This document shows, piece after piece, positions 49,960-63,672 of a stretch of 64,000 nucleotides of DNA. This DNA is from Felis catus (Eukaryota), in assembly GCF_018350175.1 (NCBI RefSeq), contig NC_058368.1, positions 136,278,001-136,342,000 of the forward strand, in the 5' to 3' direction. Each line of letters begins with the position of its first letter. Positions within the stretch are counted from its first letter, which is position 1. The notes below the pieces were generated by a model, which saw nothing but the letters and a program-made list of their open reading frames with translations, did no database searches and was not told where the DNA came from. The position numbers and the translations under genes were made by a program.

Positions 49960-50794
49960 AGATCCATGTAGATATAAACTCCTCATATAAAATAATCAGT
50001 TATATTTGTTAATAGCCATACCCACTACACTCCTGGGCCAGGGAATCCGAATCACAGGTGGATGTCTTAGAAAAGAGATACAGAGCAGAGAAATATTAAT
50101 AAAATCTGTCTAACCATTGATGGGATGTCATCCCTTCGGCAAACTTGATATACAGCCTTAACACTGTGGGGAGTTCAGGCAAAAGTCTGTGTATTGTTTT
50201 AGATTTTCCTCCTTGGAGCCTTAGTAGAGTAGTTGGAGAAAGAAGTCCCTACATGTTTGTGCAATTAAATCGAATATAGACAGATGTTGTGGAGGATGGT
50301 AAGCCATGACTATAGCTGCTTTTTAGAATGCAATGCCCACCAAGATGGGTAATGTGATTTCAGAACTAGCAGTGGGTGCTGCAGGCAAGATGAGGCTCTG
50401 CAGAAAGAGGCTGGGAGAAAGTGCCTTAAGTGACATTTTGGTCTCCTGGGTGCCATTTCTGTGTCTGAAGAAGATGAAAAGATGCTTATCACACGGCCTC
50501 TTCCCTAAGGGTTATTATGTCACCTGACCATGTCCAGACCTCTCAGCTGAGGTGTTTGTACATTCTGATGTGCTGAGCAGCAGGTGAAAGATTAATACTG
50601 TGAAATGCTTGAAGTATTGTGGAAGGGTGGGCAGAATTCAGAGGGTGAAAGGGACCACTAGAGCCTTGGTGAGATGCTGGAAGGAAGAAAAGCTCTGATG
50701 GACGGAGACATTTGCCACCTGTGTGCACATGTGTGGAAGGAGTGTGTAGTTGTAGTCGTTGTAGGTAAACAAAAGGAGTTTAGAATTAAAGCAG

Positions 50795-51020
50795 AGGTGC
50801 CTGGGTGGCTCAGTTGGTTAAGTGTCTGACTTCAGCTCAGGCCATGATCTCGCAGTCCATGAGTTGGAGCCCTGCATCGGGCTCTGTGCTGACAGCTCAG
50901 AGCCTGGAGCTGCTTCAGATTCTGGGTCTCCCTCTCTCTCTGCCCCTCCCCTGCTCATGCTCTCTCTGTCTCTCTCTCTCTGTCTCTCTCTCTCTAAAAA
51001 CTAAATAAACATTAAAAAAA
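50795..51020 (+). mobile_element. Carnivore SINE
   Basis: TSD agaattaaa. Confidence 0.93.
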
Positions 51021-51195
51021 AGAATTAAATCTTGTATTTGGAAGAAATTTCCATCAGTAAGAATTTTGAGATACTTTAGATTATCAAGGCATGAAAATGG
51101 ATGCCTTTTCTGACTGAGAATTTATCTGGTGCAGTCTATGTGTTGGGTGCTCTAGATTCATCCTGTCTCACCGTTGCAACTCTATGGGGGAAGGT

Positions 51196-51835
51196 TTATT
51201 GTTGTTGTTGTTTTACTAAATTTCAAATTTTAATTTCAGCGTACTTAACCTACTGTGTTATATTAGTGTCAGGGGTACAATATAGTGAATCGACAATTCT
51301 ATACATTACCAGTGCTCATCATAAGTGTACTCTTAATCCCCTTCACCTGTTTCACCCATCCCCCCACTCACTTCCCCTGGTAACCACCATTTTGTTCTTT
51401 ATAGTTAAGAGTCTGTTTCTTGGTTTGTCTCTCTCTCACTCTTTTCTTCCTTGGTTCATTTGTTTTCTTAAATTCTACGTATGAGTGAAATCATACAATA
51501 TTTGTCTTTCTCTGGCTGACTTATTCAGTTTAGCCTTATACTCGTTAGCTCCATCCTTGTTTTCGTACAAATGGCAAGGTTTCATTCTTTTTTATGGCTG
51601 AACAATAAATATTCCATTATATATATCACATATTCTTTATCCGCTCATCTACAGATGGACCCTTGGGTTCCTTCCATAATTTGGCTATTGCAGATAACGC
51701 TGCAATAAACAGAGGGGGTACATATATCTTTTGAACTTGTGATTCTGTATTCTTTGAGTCCTTTCCAGGGGGGCAGTTATTGGATTATAGGGTAATTCTA
51801 TTTTTAATGTTTTCGAGGAATCTCCATACTGTTTT
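51196..51835 (-). mobile_element. 5'-truncated L1 (3' end)
   Basis: L1 3' UTR and ORF2-end motifs; TSD-like tatgggg(g)aaggt at ~51183 and ~51836. Confidence 0.88.
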
Positions 51836-52457
51836 TATGGGGAAGGTATTTTTATGTTCACTTGATGGATGTGAGATCTGAGGCTTGGAAGATGGTTTGG
51901 TTTGCCCAGTGCTGTACAGTGGGTCAGGGTCTGGCTTCGGTACCTTTGCTCTTTCCCACACACCATATTCTCTGATTGGTGATCTTAACAAAAAGGATCA
52001 ACAAGGATCTTTTGGGGGTTCAGTTATTCCCCTCCTTACTTCTGTTGAGTTTCCTCCAAGGTCCTGGACCCAATGGCACATTCTTGTCTAAGGCCTGGTG
52101 AAGCCTCTCAGGGTTTGGGTCACTCATCTTGGTTATAGACATATTCCTGGGCCCTCCTGGAAACTGGAGTCTGTCAGTTAAATACATATACATATAAATG
52201 ATGATGCAGGCCGGACTGACAGGAGGCCAGTGTTTACCAGGACAGGCAGTCATGCTCTGCAGGTGTGCTTTCTTTCTTCAGTTTTGCTAGCTTATCCCAG
52301 AGGGAAAGAGATGCCCAGGTCATCTGAGTGCTCAGTGTAGGAAATGCTCTGAGTGGAAACCAAGGCTGCTGCCTTGTGTACTTTCAAAGAATTCCATTTT
52401 AAATCAGTTGTTAAAATTTTAAAATCAGGAAGTTTCATATAAAAATCCAAATTTCTA

Positions 52458-52917
52458 GGACCCCTGGGAGGCTCAGTTGGTTAAACATCTGATTTCGACT
52501 CAGGTCATGATCTCACAGTTTGTGAGTTTGAGCCCCTGTCGTGCTCTGTGCAGACAGCTCAGAGCCTGGAGCCTGCTTTGGATTCTGTCTGTCTCTCTCT
52601 GCCCTCCCCACTCACACTCTGTCTCTCTCTCTCAAAAGTAAATAAACATTAAAAAAATTTAAAAAAATTGAAATTTGTATCTCCTCTTGAAAAACTAAGG
52701 GGCGCCTGGGTGGCTCAGTTGGTTAAGTGTCCAACTTTGGCTCAGGTCATAATCTCATGGCCCGTGAGTTCAAGCCCCGCATTGGGCTCTGTGCTGACAG
52801 CTCAGAGCCTGTGGAGCCTGCTTTGGAGTCTGTGTCTCCCCCCCTCTCTCTCTGCCCGTCCCCTGCTCACGGTTGGTCTCTCTCTCTCCTTCAAAAATAA
52901 ATAAACATTTAAAAAAC
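52458..52917 (+). mobile_element. Two adjacent carnivore SINEs (52458-52667 and 52699-52917)
   Basis: Two SINE heads, each with its own A-rich tail. Confidence 0.92.
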
Positions 52918-54784
52918 CCTATAAGGTCTACCACTCTCTGTTGCTTTGTACCTGGCCCTCTTTGGGCCTTACCTTACTTGTTGTCCCCCATAGACACCTA
53001 GATTTACAATCCGTAAACTGGAACAGAGCAACTGATCCAAATGCCCAGTTCAGTGAATTAGGCACCGGAAGGGCCATACTGATCACTGAGAGTGAGATAC
53101 CTCCATCTTACACCTGGGGAGCTTTTAAAGCACCCTTGCCTGGGCACCACCCAGGCCAATTGAATCAGAATCTCTGATGGTGGATATTGTTTGAAAAGCT
53201 CACAAGGTGGCCTAATTAATTTTCAGCCCAGTTCAGAAACTCTTTTTAGGGTTTCCACATAAATAACACTCGTACCTTGGGTCTCTGCCAGAGAAATGGG
53301 CTTAGGAAGTCTGGAATGCAAGATTGGTTTTCACTTATCTCCCAGCACCTTTTGGGCAGCTCATTCACTTATCTTGATTTACTCATATGTAACTGAGGCT
53401 TTAGGGCATTTATGTCCATGCCTCTAGAGCTTGGATGTGTTTTTACAAAATCCTGGAGAAAGAATAGACAAGAAAGAAACAAAGAATTATTTCAGAGTTT
53501 CCCTTTGAAATGCTTGGACATCAAGACTATCATATGGCAAATATTAAGGAAACAGGTAATGGCATTTTGAAGCTACTTGCTCTTTTTTGTATGCCTGTGC
53601 TTTGGAAAAAAAAAAACCAATGATAAAAAAAGTACAACAAACTTGACAGTTTCCTTTGAAGACTTTTTCATCCTCCGAGGAAACATTTCATTAGCAAGCC
53701 CTGGGAGAGATTGGTCTCTGTGGGTATCTGACGGCTGCCATGGGCAAAGCTATAGTTGTAGTCCATTCCAACCTCTCCCTCACCCCTAGCAAAGGCTGTG
53801 TCCATCAGCGATGCCTTTATCCAGGGCTACCCTGGTCATCAGTGCAAATGGCAGAAAATGACATTTGCATCTGGGCAAAAAGCATCATAAATGCTAATAG
53901 CTGTGGCTTGTCAGGGTCTCTCCTAGTCAGTGAAGCGTGGTGGGTTTGTATCTGCATAGGGTGAGATCTTTGCTCTTCCCCTAGCCAAAGTGCCCTTAAA
54001 GCCTTGTTTGATTTTCTGGGAGAAGATCTCCAATGGGATGCACGGGAGGACCTCAGTCCAGAGTTCACAGTCTGTGTAATGAAAGAGAGTTTCAATCACA
54101 ATGGGAAAATCAAAACTTGCACTTGGAAACTCAGCCTGACATTTTTTCAGCTTCCAATAAAAAATGATTTGGTTTGTCAGGGAACCATGGGGATCTTGAC
54201 CTTTAGGGAATATACTTTTATACTTGAAAATTTTCTAGATTTTAGTTTTTCTTTCTCTTTTCCCCCCTCTTTTCTCACCTCCTCTTCTAAAACAATGATA
54301 AAATTGACAAAGTAAAATGGAAGGACTAGCAAATAAGAATATACTGGGTTTTCGGATTATTTAGGTTCCACTTCCTTCCCACTTGCTTGTGGACCCGGAT
54401 CCAGTTACTTAAATGATCAGTTTTATCACCTACAAAATGGGGAATACATCCCCCTGTCCCATTATCCTGTCCAAAGTGGATAAAAGTGAGTCTTTCATTA
54501 AGGTTTAATTACTATTAAGCTTACTATTTTGGGGGCTTATCTCTGCACGTCAAGTATTCTTGGAAGGGCCCTTGGGGCGTGCTCATAAGACTTTAATTGA
54601 GGGGACAGTGGAGATATCTGTTGATCTGAGCATGACTGGACTTCATCTTTCCATCCTGGCTCACCTGTCAAGCTGTTTGTGTTTTATGAGAGAGGGTATT
54701 AACATCCTGAAAAGACCTGGCCTTGGAGTTTTTGGTGGGCATCATATGCACCCTGAAACCTCACCAGATGATGCAAAGAGCCCC

Positions 54785-54970
54785 TAAGCAGTGCTTCTTA
54801 ACCAGGAGGTTGTATCAGAATCACTTGGGGAAACTTTTTCAAGCTAGCTGAGCTCCAGTGCCCTCCTCCACAGATTTTGGGGGTATAATATAAGCATATG
54901 TAGCTTGGCAAACAAAAATTTTTAGTTGATTCTGATACTTCTTCCTCAGGTTGGGTACCACTTCTCTAAG
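54785..54970. mobile_element. MER5-like MITE
   Basis: cagtgcttcttaacc..tgtatcagaatcacttgggga..tgattctgat..ggttgggtaccact. Confidence 0.65.
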
Positions 54971-55574
54971 GATAAATTAAAGGGTCTGTCTGGCTTCACC
55001 TCTGATGCACAATGTTCCAGAGATAGCCTGTTTGGAAAATGTCTTTCACCTGATGAGTTGAGATTGAAGACAGAGGAGTAGGGGCATCAGCATTTCTGCA
55101 TGATGCCTCAGGGTTCCCCTGAAGAAGGAATAGCATGGCTATTTCCTTGCCAAGAACAGTTTCGCCTTCTTTTCCACCCAAACAATTCTACCCTTCGGGT
55201 TTAGCTCATATTATGACCCACCTTTTTTATTGCCCCCAGCCTAACAAGCTTGTCTTTCTGCACTTTTAATTCACTCATTATCTGGATGATTTATGTGACA
55301 ATTCAATTAGCAACTGATGGCCTAGCTTCTGTTTCACTTGAATGCAATTTGTCTTGTATTGCTATTTAATTTTTCTCTTATCACTGTCGAGCAGAAATAG
55401 CACTGATCTCAATTTTCATTCTGGCTTTACTTCTAGCTGCATAGCCTAGGCAAGATATTTAACCTTTCTGGGCTTCAGAGCCCATTTATAAGATTCTCTT
55501 TCTTATCTCACCACTCAAGCTTAGGTTCTTGAACAATTCTTGTTCATTTACTTTTATTTTTGTTGACAATCATT

Positions 55575-55920
55575 GTGATAGCCACTTTCTAATATGGTTC
55601 CCATTAATCCCCGACTCCTGATATTCACTTCCTGCCTGTTAGAGTGGGAAGGACCCAGTGAATAGAATATGGCACAAGTGATGAGATGTCACTTCTCTGG
55701 CTTCTTGCCAACAACCACTGAGTTATCTTGGAAGTGGATCTTGATTCAGTTGAACTTTGAGATGACTGCTGCCCCCGTCAACACCTTATGATTACAGCCT
55801 TGCACTGACCCTCAAAGAGATGATTTAGCTAAGCCATGTCTGGATTCTTGACTCACAGAAATAGTGAGATAATAAAGACATGTTGTCTTTAGCCACTAAA
55901 TGTTATGCAGCATAGATGAC
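55575..55920 (+). mobile_element. MLT1-like MaLR LTR
   Basis: caacaccttatgattacagccttg..agctaagccatgtctggattcttgactcacagaaa..gagataataaa..tttagccactaaatgttatgcagcatagat. Confidence 0.75.
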
Positions 55921-55964
55921 TGGTCCTATCTATGAGATGAGTTGATGGGTATGGTAATCTATCT

Positions 55965-56370
55965 ACCTGAGTTGGCCTGGGTAAGCTAAATTATGCTGCA
56001 GTAACAAATGACCCCAAAAGCTCAGTGGCTTACATCTGCAAAGTTTATTCCTTCCTCACACTATATGTCTACTGAAGGCTGGTAGCTGTGTTCAACATTT
56101 TCTTCCCTCCAGAACTCTCCATAACAGGCTGACAGAGCTACCTCTATCTGGAACATTGCCAATCAGCATGGAAGGGGAAAGAGAGCAGTGCAAAGTATGC
56201 TTTGGTTTTTAAAGTTTCCACATGAAAACAATTCCTCATACTTCTGCCTGTATTTCATTGGCCGAAGCAAGTCACATGATGTTGAAAAGGCTATGTTTTT
56301 GGTGGAGTCCAAAGTATAGTCCTTTCTGGAGGACTAAGCATTTGTGAATCATAACACAGTGTAACACATA
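55965..56370 (-). mobile_element. MLT1-like MaLR LTR
   Basis: tatgctgcagtaacaaatgaccccaaaagctcagtggctta..tttcattggccgaagcaagtcacatg. Confidence 0.7.
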
Positions 56371-57585
56371 ACATTGCATAGTGTGTCAGAGGGAGCGGGA
56401 GCCACAGATAGCTGTGATGTTTTTCACAGCCTCAGATGAATGGGCATAGAGGCCTTGGGGCCTGTACGAAAGGAGAATATGATTGAAGATCTGTGTTTTC
56501 TAGAGAAGGGTTGAAAATTAAGGGAGTATTGGGCACTGAGGAAAATTGAGGTGTTTTTTTTTTAAGTATTCCCATAATCATCATTATCTCCATAAGGTCC
56601 ACCTAAAACAGTGAATACTCTATGGCAAAAGCAGCTTTAAGACATCCCCCAGTCTGCACACCTCTTCTGATTGGATTGCCTTTCCTAAGATCTTTAAACT
56701 TCTTTTGTATAGAAATAGAAGAGCTTCATTTGTCAATAATCCCATTCATAAAGTTAAACTGGATTTCCAAACAGCTGTCTTCCTGCAGTCAGTTGTTAGG
56801 AGAGGAAAACTTGACAGATGACCTTGAGCAAGTCTGCCATTCTCTGGGCTTCACTCTTCTCAAAAAGTTCCACTCTAATCTCACCTTCCGGTGTAATAAC
56901 CACAGTCCGTGTGGGCTTTCCGAAAATATTAGGGGAGCTTAAGAAATGATTGCTACCCCATCCATCTCAGAGAACTTGTGAGGCTGGCTTTACAGAGAAA
57001 GTTTGATGGGAAGTGCAGAGATCTGAATGTCAATATATCGAGCTTGCAGAGCAGGAGAAGCTGGGCCTGACTTAGCTGGTAATCCAAGCCAGCATGATGG
57101 ATCTATCGTTAAAACCAGAACCAGATTAAACTACTTCTGATGCACAGTAGAGAAATGTCAGGGCCAGAGATCACCTGAAAAATAAAGGAGAGACTCACTG
57201 AGGATCCTTCTTCCTATAAAATATACTTTTGCCCTCAGGCCCTGCCTCTTTGGATCATGCCAGATGTTATTGTTTTTCTCCTGAGGTTATAGTTTATGTC
57301 AAAAGGAATAGATTTCACTTTAGTGATTTCCTAAGGAGGCATAAAGTCCCAGAATCATGATTGTAAAAGTGACCTTAAATGCCATCTAAGCCAAGCCCTG
57401 CCCAGCACAGGAGTCACTTCTTCATGTCTGTGATCTGGGACTGTTGATCAGAAACAGGTTTTAAATTTCCCAAGATTCTTTAGGATTTGATCCTATCCCA
57501 GTTTTCTTTCCATATTGCACCATAGGGAGTGTGTGGGAAAAGCACTGAAGAAGTCTATAACAAGGATGTGGAAGCAATACCCTTC

Positions 57586-59059
57586 CTTTTTTAAAAAATA
57601 TAACTTACTGTCAAATTAGCTAACATATAGTGTATACAGTGTGCTCTTGGCTTCGGGAGTAGATTCCCATGATTCATTGCTTACATGCAACATCCAGTGC
57701 TCATCCCAAAAAGTGCCCTCCTCCATGCCCATCACACATTTTCCCCACTCCCCCCCCCCCCCAAATCAAACCTCAGGTTGTTTTCTATATTTAAGAGTCT
57801 CTTATGGTTTGCTTCCCTCTCTGTTTGAAACTATTTTTCCCCTGCCTTCCCCCATAGTCTTCTGTTAAGTTTCTCGAATTCCATGTATGAGTGAAAACAT
57901 ATGATATGTCTTTCTCTGCCTTACTTATTTCACTTAGCATAATACCCTCCAGTTCCATCTACCTTGCTGAAAATGGCAGGATTTCATTCTTTCTCATTGC
58001 CAAGTAGTATTCCATTGTATATATAAACCACATCTTTATCCATTCATCAATGGATGGACATTTAGGCCCTTTTCATAATTTGGCTATTGTTGAAAGTGCT
58101 GCTATAAACATTGGGGTACATGTGCCCCTATGAATCAGCACTTCTGTATCCTTTGGATAAATTCCTAGTAGTGCTATTTCTGGGTCATAAGGTAATTCTA
58201 TTTTTAATTTTTTGAGGAACCTCCACACTGTTTTCCAGAGTGGCTGCACCATGCATTCCTACCAACAGTGCAAGAGGGTTTCTGCACATCCTCTCCAACA
58301 TCTGTGGTTTCCTGAGTTGTTAATTTTAGCCACTCTGACTGGTGTGAGATGGTATCTCAGTGAGATTTTGATTTGTATTTCCCTGATGATGAGTGATGTT
58401 GAACATCTTTTCATGTGTCTGTTGGCCATCTGGATATCTTCTTCTTTGGAAAAGTGTCTATTCATGTCTTCTGCCCATTTCTTCACTGGATTATTTGTTT
58501 TTCAGGTGTTGAGTTTGGTAAGTTCTCTATAGATTTTGGATACTAACGCTTTATCCGATAAGTCATTTGCAGATATCTCCTCCCATTCCATCGGTTGCCT
58601 TTTAGTTTTGTTGATTGTTTCCTTTGCAGTGCAGAAGCTTTTTATCTTGATGAGGTCCCAATAGTTCGTTTTTGCTTTTAATTCCCTTGCCTTCAGAGAC
58701 GTGTTGAGTAAGAAGTTTCTGTGGCTGAGGTCAAAGAGGTTGTTGCCTGTTTTTTCCTCTAGGGTTTTGATGGTTTTCTGTCTTACATTTAGGTCTTTGA
58801 TCCATTTTGAGTTTTTTTTTTTTTAATTTTTTTTTCAACGTTTATTTATTTTTGGGACAGAGAGAGACAGAGCATGAACGGGGGAGGGGCAGAGAGAGAG
58901 GGAGACACAGAATCGGAAACAGGCTCCAGGCTCTGAGCCGTCAGCCCAGAGCCCGACGCGGGGCTCGAACTCACGGACCGCGAGATCGTGACCTGGCTGA
59001 AGTCGGACGCTTAACCGACTGCGCCACCCAGGCGCCCCCATTTTGAGTTTATTTTTATG
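57586..59059 (-). mobile_element. 5'-truncated L1 with a nested young SINE
   Basis: ORF2 C-terminal remnants ([14 protein letters not shown]); TSD gcaatacccttc at 57574-57585 and 59060-59071. Confidence 0.95.
58815..59037 (-). mobile_element. Very young feline SINE nested in L1
   Basis: Many intact CpGs; TSD ccattttgagttt at 58802-58814 and 59038-59050. Confidence 0.96.
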
Positions 59060-59739
59060 GCAATACCCTTCTTAGTGACAGACCAAATTTTGCACTTGGC
59101 AAAAAATCTACCATTTTGCAACTAAAATGCCCTTAATTGTTGGAGGAAATGTTGAGAGAGGCCAGAGCTTGTACCCCAGAAATCCTACTCTGAAACTGAC
59201 TACCTGTGAAACAAATTTCCCCCTCTCTGGCATACTTTTTTCTTAATATGAGGGTGATAATGGTGTTTCTAAATAGTAAATTGGCAGTGCTTTTAAACTG
59301 CTTGATGAATTTATTCTGTAATAAGTGTGTAATTGTTTGAATGGTCACCTAGTTAGTGTCTAAATATTATCTTTTATTTCATAGCACCTAACTTTCTCCT
59401 TCTCATCTGTGTATCGAGCACCATGTTAAATACTGGGAATACCAAGAGTATTCGAGGGTTTTTTTTTTTTTTTTTTTTGTCTAGCAAGTGAGATAGACAT
59501 ATGATAACATAATATAATGCATGTTGGGTGTTTTAATAAGTATTGTTTAAAGATTTATGGAAACAAATGTAAGGTGAACCTGTTGGTATGATTGCTAATG
59601 GATGAGGAAGGTGTCAGATAAGATAGGTCTTGAAACATGAGCTGTTTAGATGTTCACAGCCTGGGAAGGACATTCCAGGTGTAGTGAAGGGCATGGACAA
59701 AGGCAGAGGTATGAACATGCAGACGTGTATGGTAGTCTG

Positions 59740-60120
59740 TTCTAGGCACGTGTTAACACTGCACTTCTTAGTCCCTTTTACATTGGTGGAGCCATGTGAC
59801 TAGTTCAGGCTAACGAGTTACAAACAAGTTAAACAGCACTTCTGGGCCAGAGTTGTTAATAGATTGTTCAAGATTACCCAGAGCTCTTCCTCCCCCGACT
59901 GCTCACCGCCAACACCCCCCCCCCCCACCCCCACCCCCGAACACAACCAGCAATGTCAGACATGGTGGCTGTTTGGTCATTCTAGGTCCCTGAGACCATG
60001 ATGAACATAGCACTTCATTAAACCCGATGCAGATGTGAGACGAGTGAGAAGTATATCTCTTTTTTGTCATGTCACTAAAATTTAGGAGGTGTTTGTTATA
60101 ACAGCATAACCTAGTGTATT
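59740..60120 (+). mobile_element. MLT1-like MaLR LTR
   Basis: ggagccatgtgactagttc..cacttctgggccagag..cactaaaatttaggaggtgtttgttataacagcataacctag. Confidence 0.7.
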
Positions 60121-60297
60121 CCTCTCATTTAGTGCAAAGGTAAGAAATAAGTGTGGTGTATCTGCCAAATAAAATATAAGATGCCTGATAGAACTGGTTG
60201 GAAGTGGAGGAAAAGGAGATTGGAAATATGGGCAAAGATCAAACTATGAGAAACTCTGACACCATGCTGAGAAGTTAATTTAAAAGTATAGGCAATT

Positions 60298-60572
60298 GGG
60301 GCGCCTAGGTGGCGCAGTCGGTTAAGCGTCCAACTTCAGCCAGGTCATGATCTTGCAGTCCGTGAGTTCGAGCCCCGCGGTTAAGCGTCTGACTTCAGCC
60401 AGGTCAGGATCTCGTAGTCCGTGAGTTCGAGCCCCGCGTCAGGCTCTGGGCTGATGGCTCGGAGCCTGGAGCCTGTTTCCGATTCTGTGTCTCCCTCTCT
60501 CTCTGCCCCTCCCCCGTTCATGCTCTGTCTCTCTCTGTCCCAAAAATAAATAAAAACGTTGAAAAAAAATTT
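60298..60572 (+). mobile_element. Young feline SINE with a 59-bp internal tandem duplication
   Basis: Copies at 60320-60378 and 60379-60437; TSD aaagtatag(g/a)caat. Confidence 0.95.
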
Positions 60573-61478
60573 TTTAAAGTATAGACAATGAAAAGCCATT
60601 GAGGGATTCAAATTACTCTCTATTAGGTCATATAGTTCATCTCTTTGGGCATCCCAGTCTACTGCTTTAGTTCTCATCCTACACTTCTTACAAGTTTAGG
60701 AGCTCTGAATCCAGAAAAATTAGAGGAGAAGATGGGATACCTCTGGCATAGGGAGTGTAGGTTAGGTGTGCCGTTCTTTCTGCTGCACTCCAGGTGTGTG
60801 GTGCAAAAGAAACCTGAGAAAGGTTTCTTTGTCCTGGAACAAGTATCCTTTCATTACTGATACCTCCCTATATCTGACACGGGCTACCTCTCTTAGACTA
60901 GACCTCTTAGGTAACAAAGCTTGCTTTTAGTGTTAGTATTTAAAAAATGGAAACTTTTGGGTTCATCTATGCTTTTTGTTCATTTTGGATACAAATTTAG
61001 AATGATCTATTGCTACTCTTAATTTCCTTTTTCTGCTCTACTGTTCCTTTCCAGTGCTGTTTCCCCATCTTTTACATTCTCTATGTATCCTACCCTCCAA
61101 CATCCCAGATCATTCAGTTTCCCCAGATGTCCTTGATTCCATGACTATGTGTACATTGCCTATTTACCCCCAAGGCCCCAGAGTGGGATGTTAGTTATTG
61201 TGGAAATTCTACACACCCTCTTAAGACCCAGAAATTCCTATGCTATTTTTTTTTTCATGAAACTTCCCCTCTCTAGTGGGAATTGATCTCTGAGTTCTTG
61301 GGGCTTTCCTTTCTTAGTAGGACCCTGACCTCAGTGAGATGTTACATTATGGGTATTTATGGATATGATCAGACCCAGAGATCAAGGGCAAGAATTGTTC
61401 TTGTTTAGTCCTCATAGTGTACTTAGCAGTGCTGTGAACATATTGAACATTGATATTTTAAAAAAATTGGTAGCCTTG

Positions 61479-61657
61479 CAAACCATAAGAGACTCTTAAA
61501 AACTGAGAATAAACTGAGGGTTGATGGGAGGTGAGAGGGAGGGGAAAGTGGGTGATGGGCATTGAGGAGGGCACCTGTTGGGATGAACACTGGGTATTGT
61601 ATGGAAACCAATTTGACAATAAATTTCATATTAGAAAAGTAAGAAAAATAAAAAAAT
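61479..61657 (+). mobile_element. Very short 5'-truncated L1 (3' UTR only)
   Basis: Matches the reverse complement of the 3' end of the 9441 L1; TSD aaaaattgg(t/a)agccttg ending at 61478 and 61675. Confidence 0.9.
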
Positions 61658-62528
61658 AAAAAATTGGAAGCCTTGAAATTGACAGTTTTTAAATTGAAAT
61701 CTTTGAAAAAATAATGGAAAGCTTTGTCTTATTTCTCTACTTTATTCCTTCTGAGGCTGTCTCTAAAATACATAGTCTTTCATATGTCTCCAGCACCTCC
61801 CAGTTTAGCATCAACTCCAAGTGTGCTTCATTTGCAGATTGTTTTCTTCTATATAGTGATAAAGATGTTTCATTAGAACAGAATGACATCAGTTCCTTTG
61901 GAAGGCTTTGGATTGAAAGTCAGTAAATACAAGATGAATGTCAATGGAAACTCATTTCTCTTCTGGAGATAGGGAAGGTGGGGGAGCAGATAATGTAGAA
62001 GTGAAAAGTGTGCCACCCATGAGATTATAAATGTGTACCAAAGAGAACAGAGTGATGTTTAACCTGGAGGAAAGTACAGTGAACATAAGTAAAGAGAAAC
62101 ACTTTTAAATACAAATATCTAAGAGGTCAGTGAAACTGAGGATTTTTTTAATTCCAACATAATTAATATACAGTGTTATATTAGTTTCAGAGGTACAGTG
62201 TAGTGATTCAACAACTCTATACATCACTCAATGTTTATCGTGATAAGTGTACTTTCATTGCCCTTCACCTATTTTATGTACCCCACCCACTCACCTCCCT
62301 TTGTTCTCTGTAGTTAACAGTCTGTTTTGGGGTTTGTCTCTTTTTTCCTTCCCCCCCCTTAAATTCCACATATGAGTGAAATCATACAGTATTTGGCTTT
62401 CTCTGACTGACCTATTTCACCTAGGTTTATACTCTCTAGACCCATCTATGTTGTTCCAAATGACAAGAACTTATTCTTTTTTTATGGCTGAGTGTGTGTA
62501 TCACATCTTCTTTAACCGTTCATCTATT

Positions 62529-62596
62529 TTTTTTAAGTTTATTTATTTTGAGAGAGAGAAAGCAAGCAAGAGAAAGCAAGGAGGGGCAGAGAGAGC

Positions 62597-62660
<64 letters not shown>

Positions 62661-62783
62661 CAAGCAGGCTCCACATTGTCAGTGCAGAGCCTGACATGGG
62701 ACTTGATCCCACAAACCATGAGATGGCAACCTGAGCCAAAATCAAGAGTCGAATGCCCAACCAACTGAACCACCCAGGTGCTC
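62529..62783 (-). mobile_element. Carnivore SINE with long (GA)n nested in L1
   Basis: TSD ttcatctatt; (GA)n at ~62607-62655. Confidence 0.92.
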
Positions 62784-62952
62784 TTCCATTCATCTATTGA
62801 TAGACACTTGGACTTTTTCATAATTTGGCTATTGTAAATAATGCTGCAATAAACATAGGGGTGCTTGTATCTTTTTGAATTAATGTTTTTGTATTCTTTG
62901 TGTAAATACCCGGTAGTGGAATTACTAGATCATATAGTAGTTCTATTTTTAA

Positions 62953-63672
62953 TTTTTTTGGGGGGGCAGATAAGGGTTTGCTTTATTGAATAATTGACCT
63001 GTGTAATTGCTGAGGCCACTGTATACAGACAAAAGAGAGGAAGCTTTATTTCTTTGTCTCTTGCTCCTTGGACAGAGTCTGATGATTTCCTCCTTCTTGG
63101 CTTGGAGGTGCTCTTCATAGACTTTGTGTGCTTCCTTGGTCCTTGATATGTGGACCTTTTTCAGCAGAAGCCTTTTCAGCAGAAGCTTTTTGAGAGCCTT
63201 GTCTGCCTTCAGCTTGTGGATGTGTTCCATGAGAATCCGCCTGTTTTTGAACAGGTTGCCCTTGAATTTCAGGTACAGGCTATGACACATGTGGCAGTCA
63301 GTCTTCTCAGAGTCATGGTGTCTGCTGAGCAACTGGCACAGAATTCTCATTCTCCTCATCCAGGTCACCTTCTCAGGTATTCGAGCCTTGGCAGTACCTT
63401 TTCTCTTACTGATGCCCATATGCCTACCTTTCCGGCAGGCCAAGGTGTTTTTCTGGTACCGATCCTGGGAATAGACAGTACAGGCTTCTGGATGACCAGC
63501 CCATCCTTGATCAGTTTCTGGATGTACTGATGGGAGTTGGCACTGGTGATTTCTTTAGACTCATTGGGGTCCAACGAGGCCTTTTTTTTTGCCACAGTGG
63601 AGGACCTTGGAGGCAAGCCTCTTTTGAAGCCTGAACATACTTATGGCTGCCACCGTGGCAGTAAAAGGAAAG
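62953..63672 (-). pseudogene. RPL19: Processed pseudogene of 60S ribosomal protein L19
   Basis: Intronless; [32 protein letters not shown] and [18 protein letters not shown] match RPL19; 5' TOP-like ctttcctttt start, ATG>ATA at 63642-63644, frameshifts, stop at 63046-63048, AATAAA at 62982-62987, short poly(A), TSD tatttttaa(t/c)ttttt. Confidence 0.96.

Noticed and set aside
62949..63443. 164-aa ORF as a functional RPL19 retrogene
   Set aside because: Start codon lost, frameshifts at both ends, an internal replacement and many substitutions in a normally near-invariant protein
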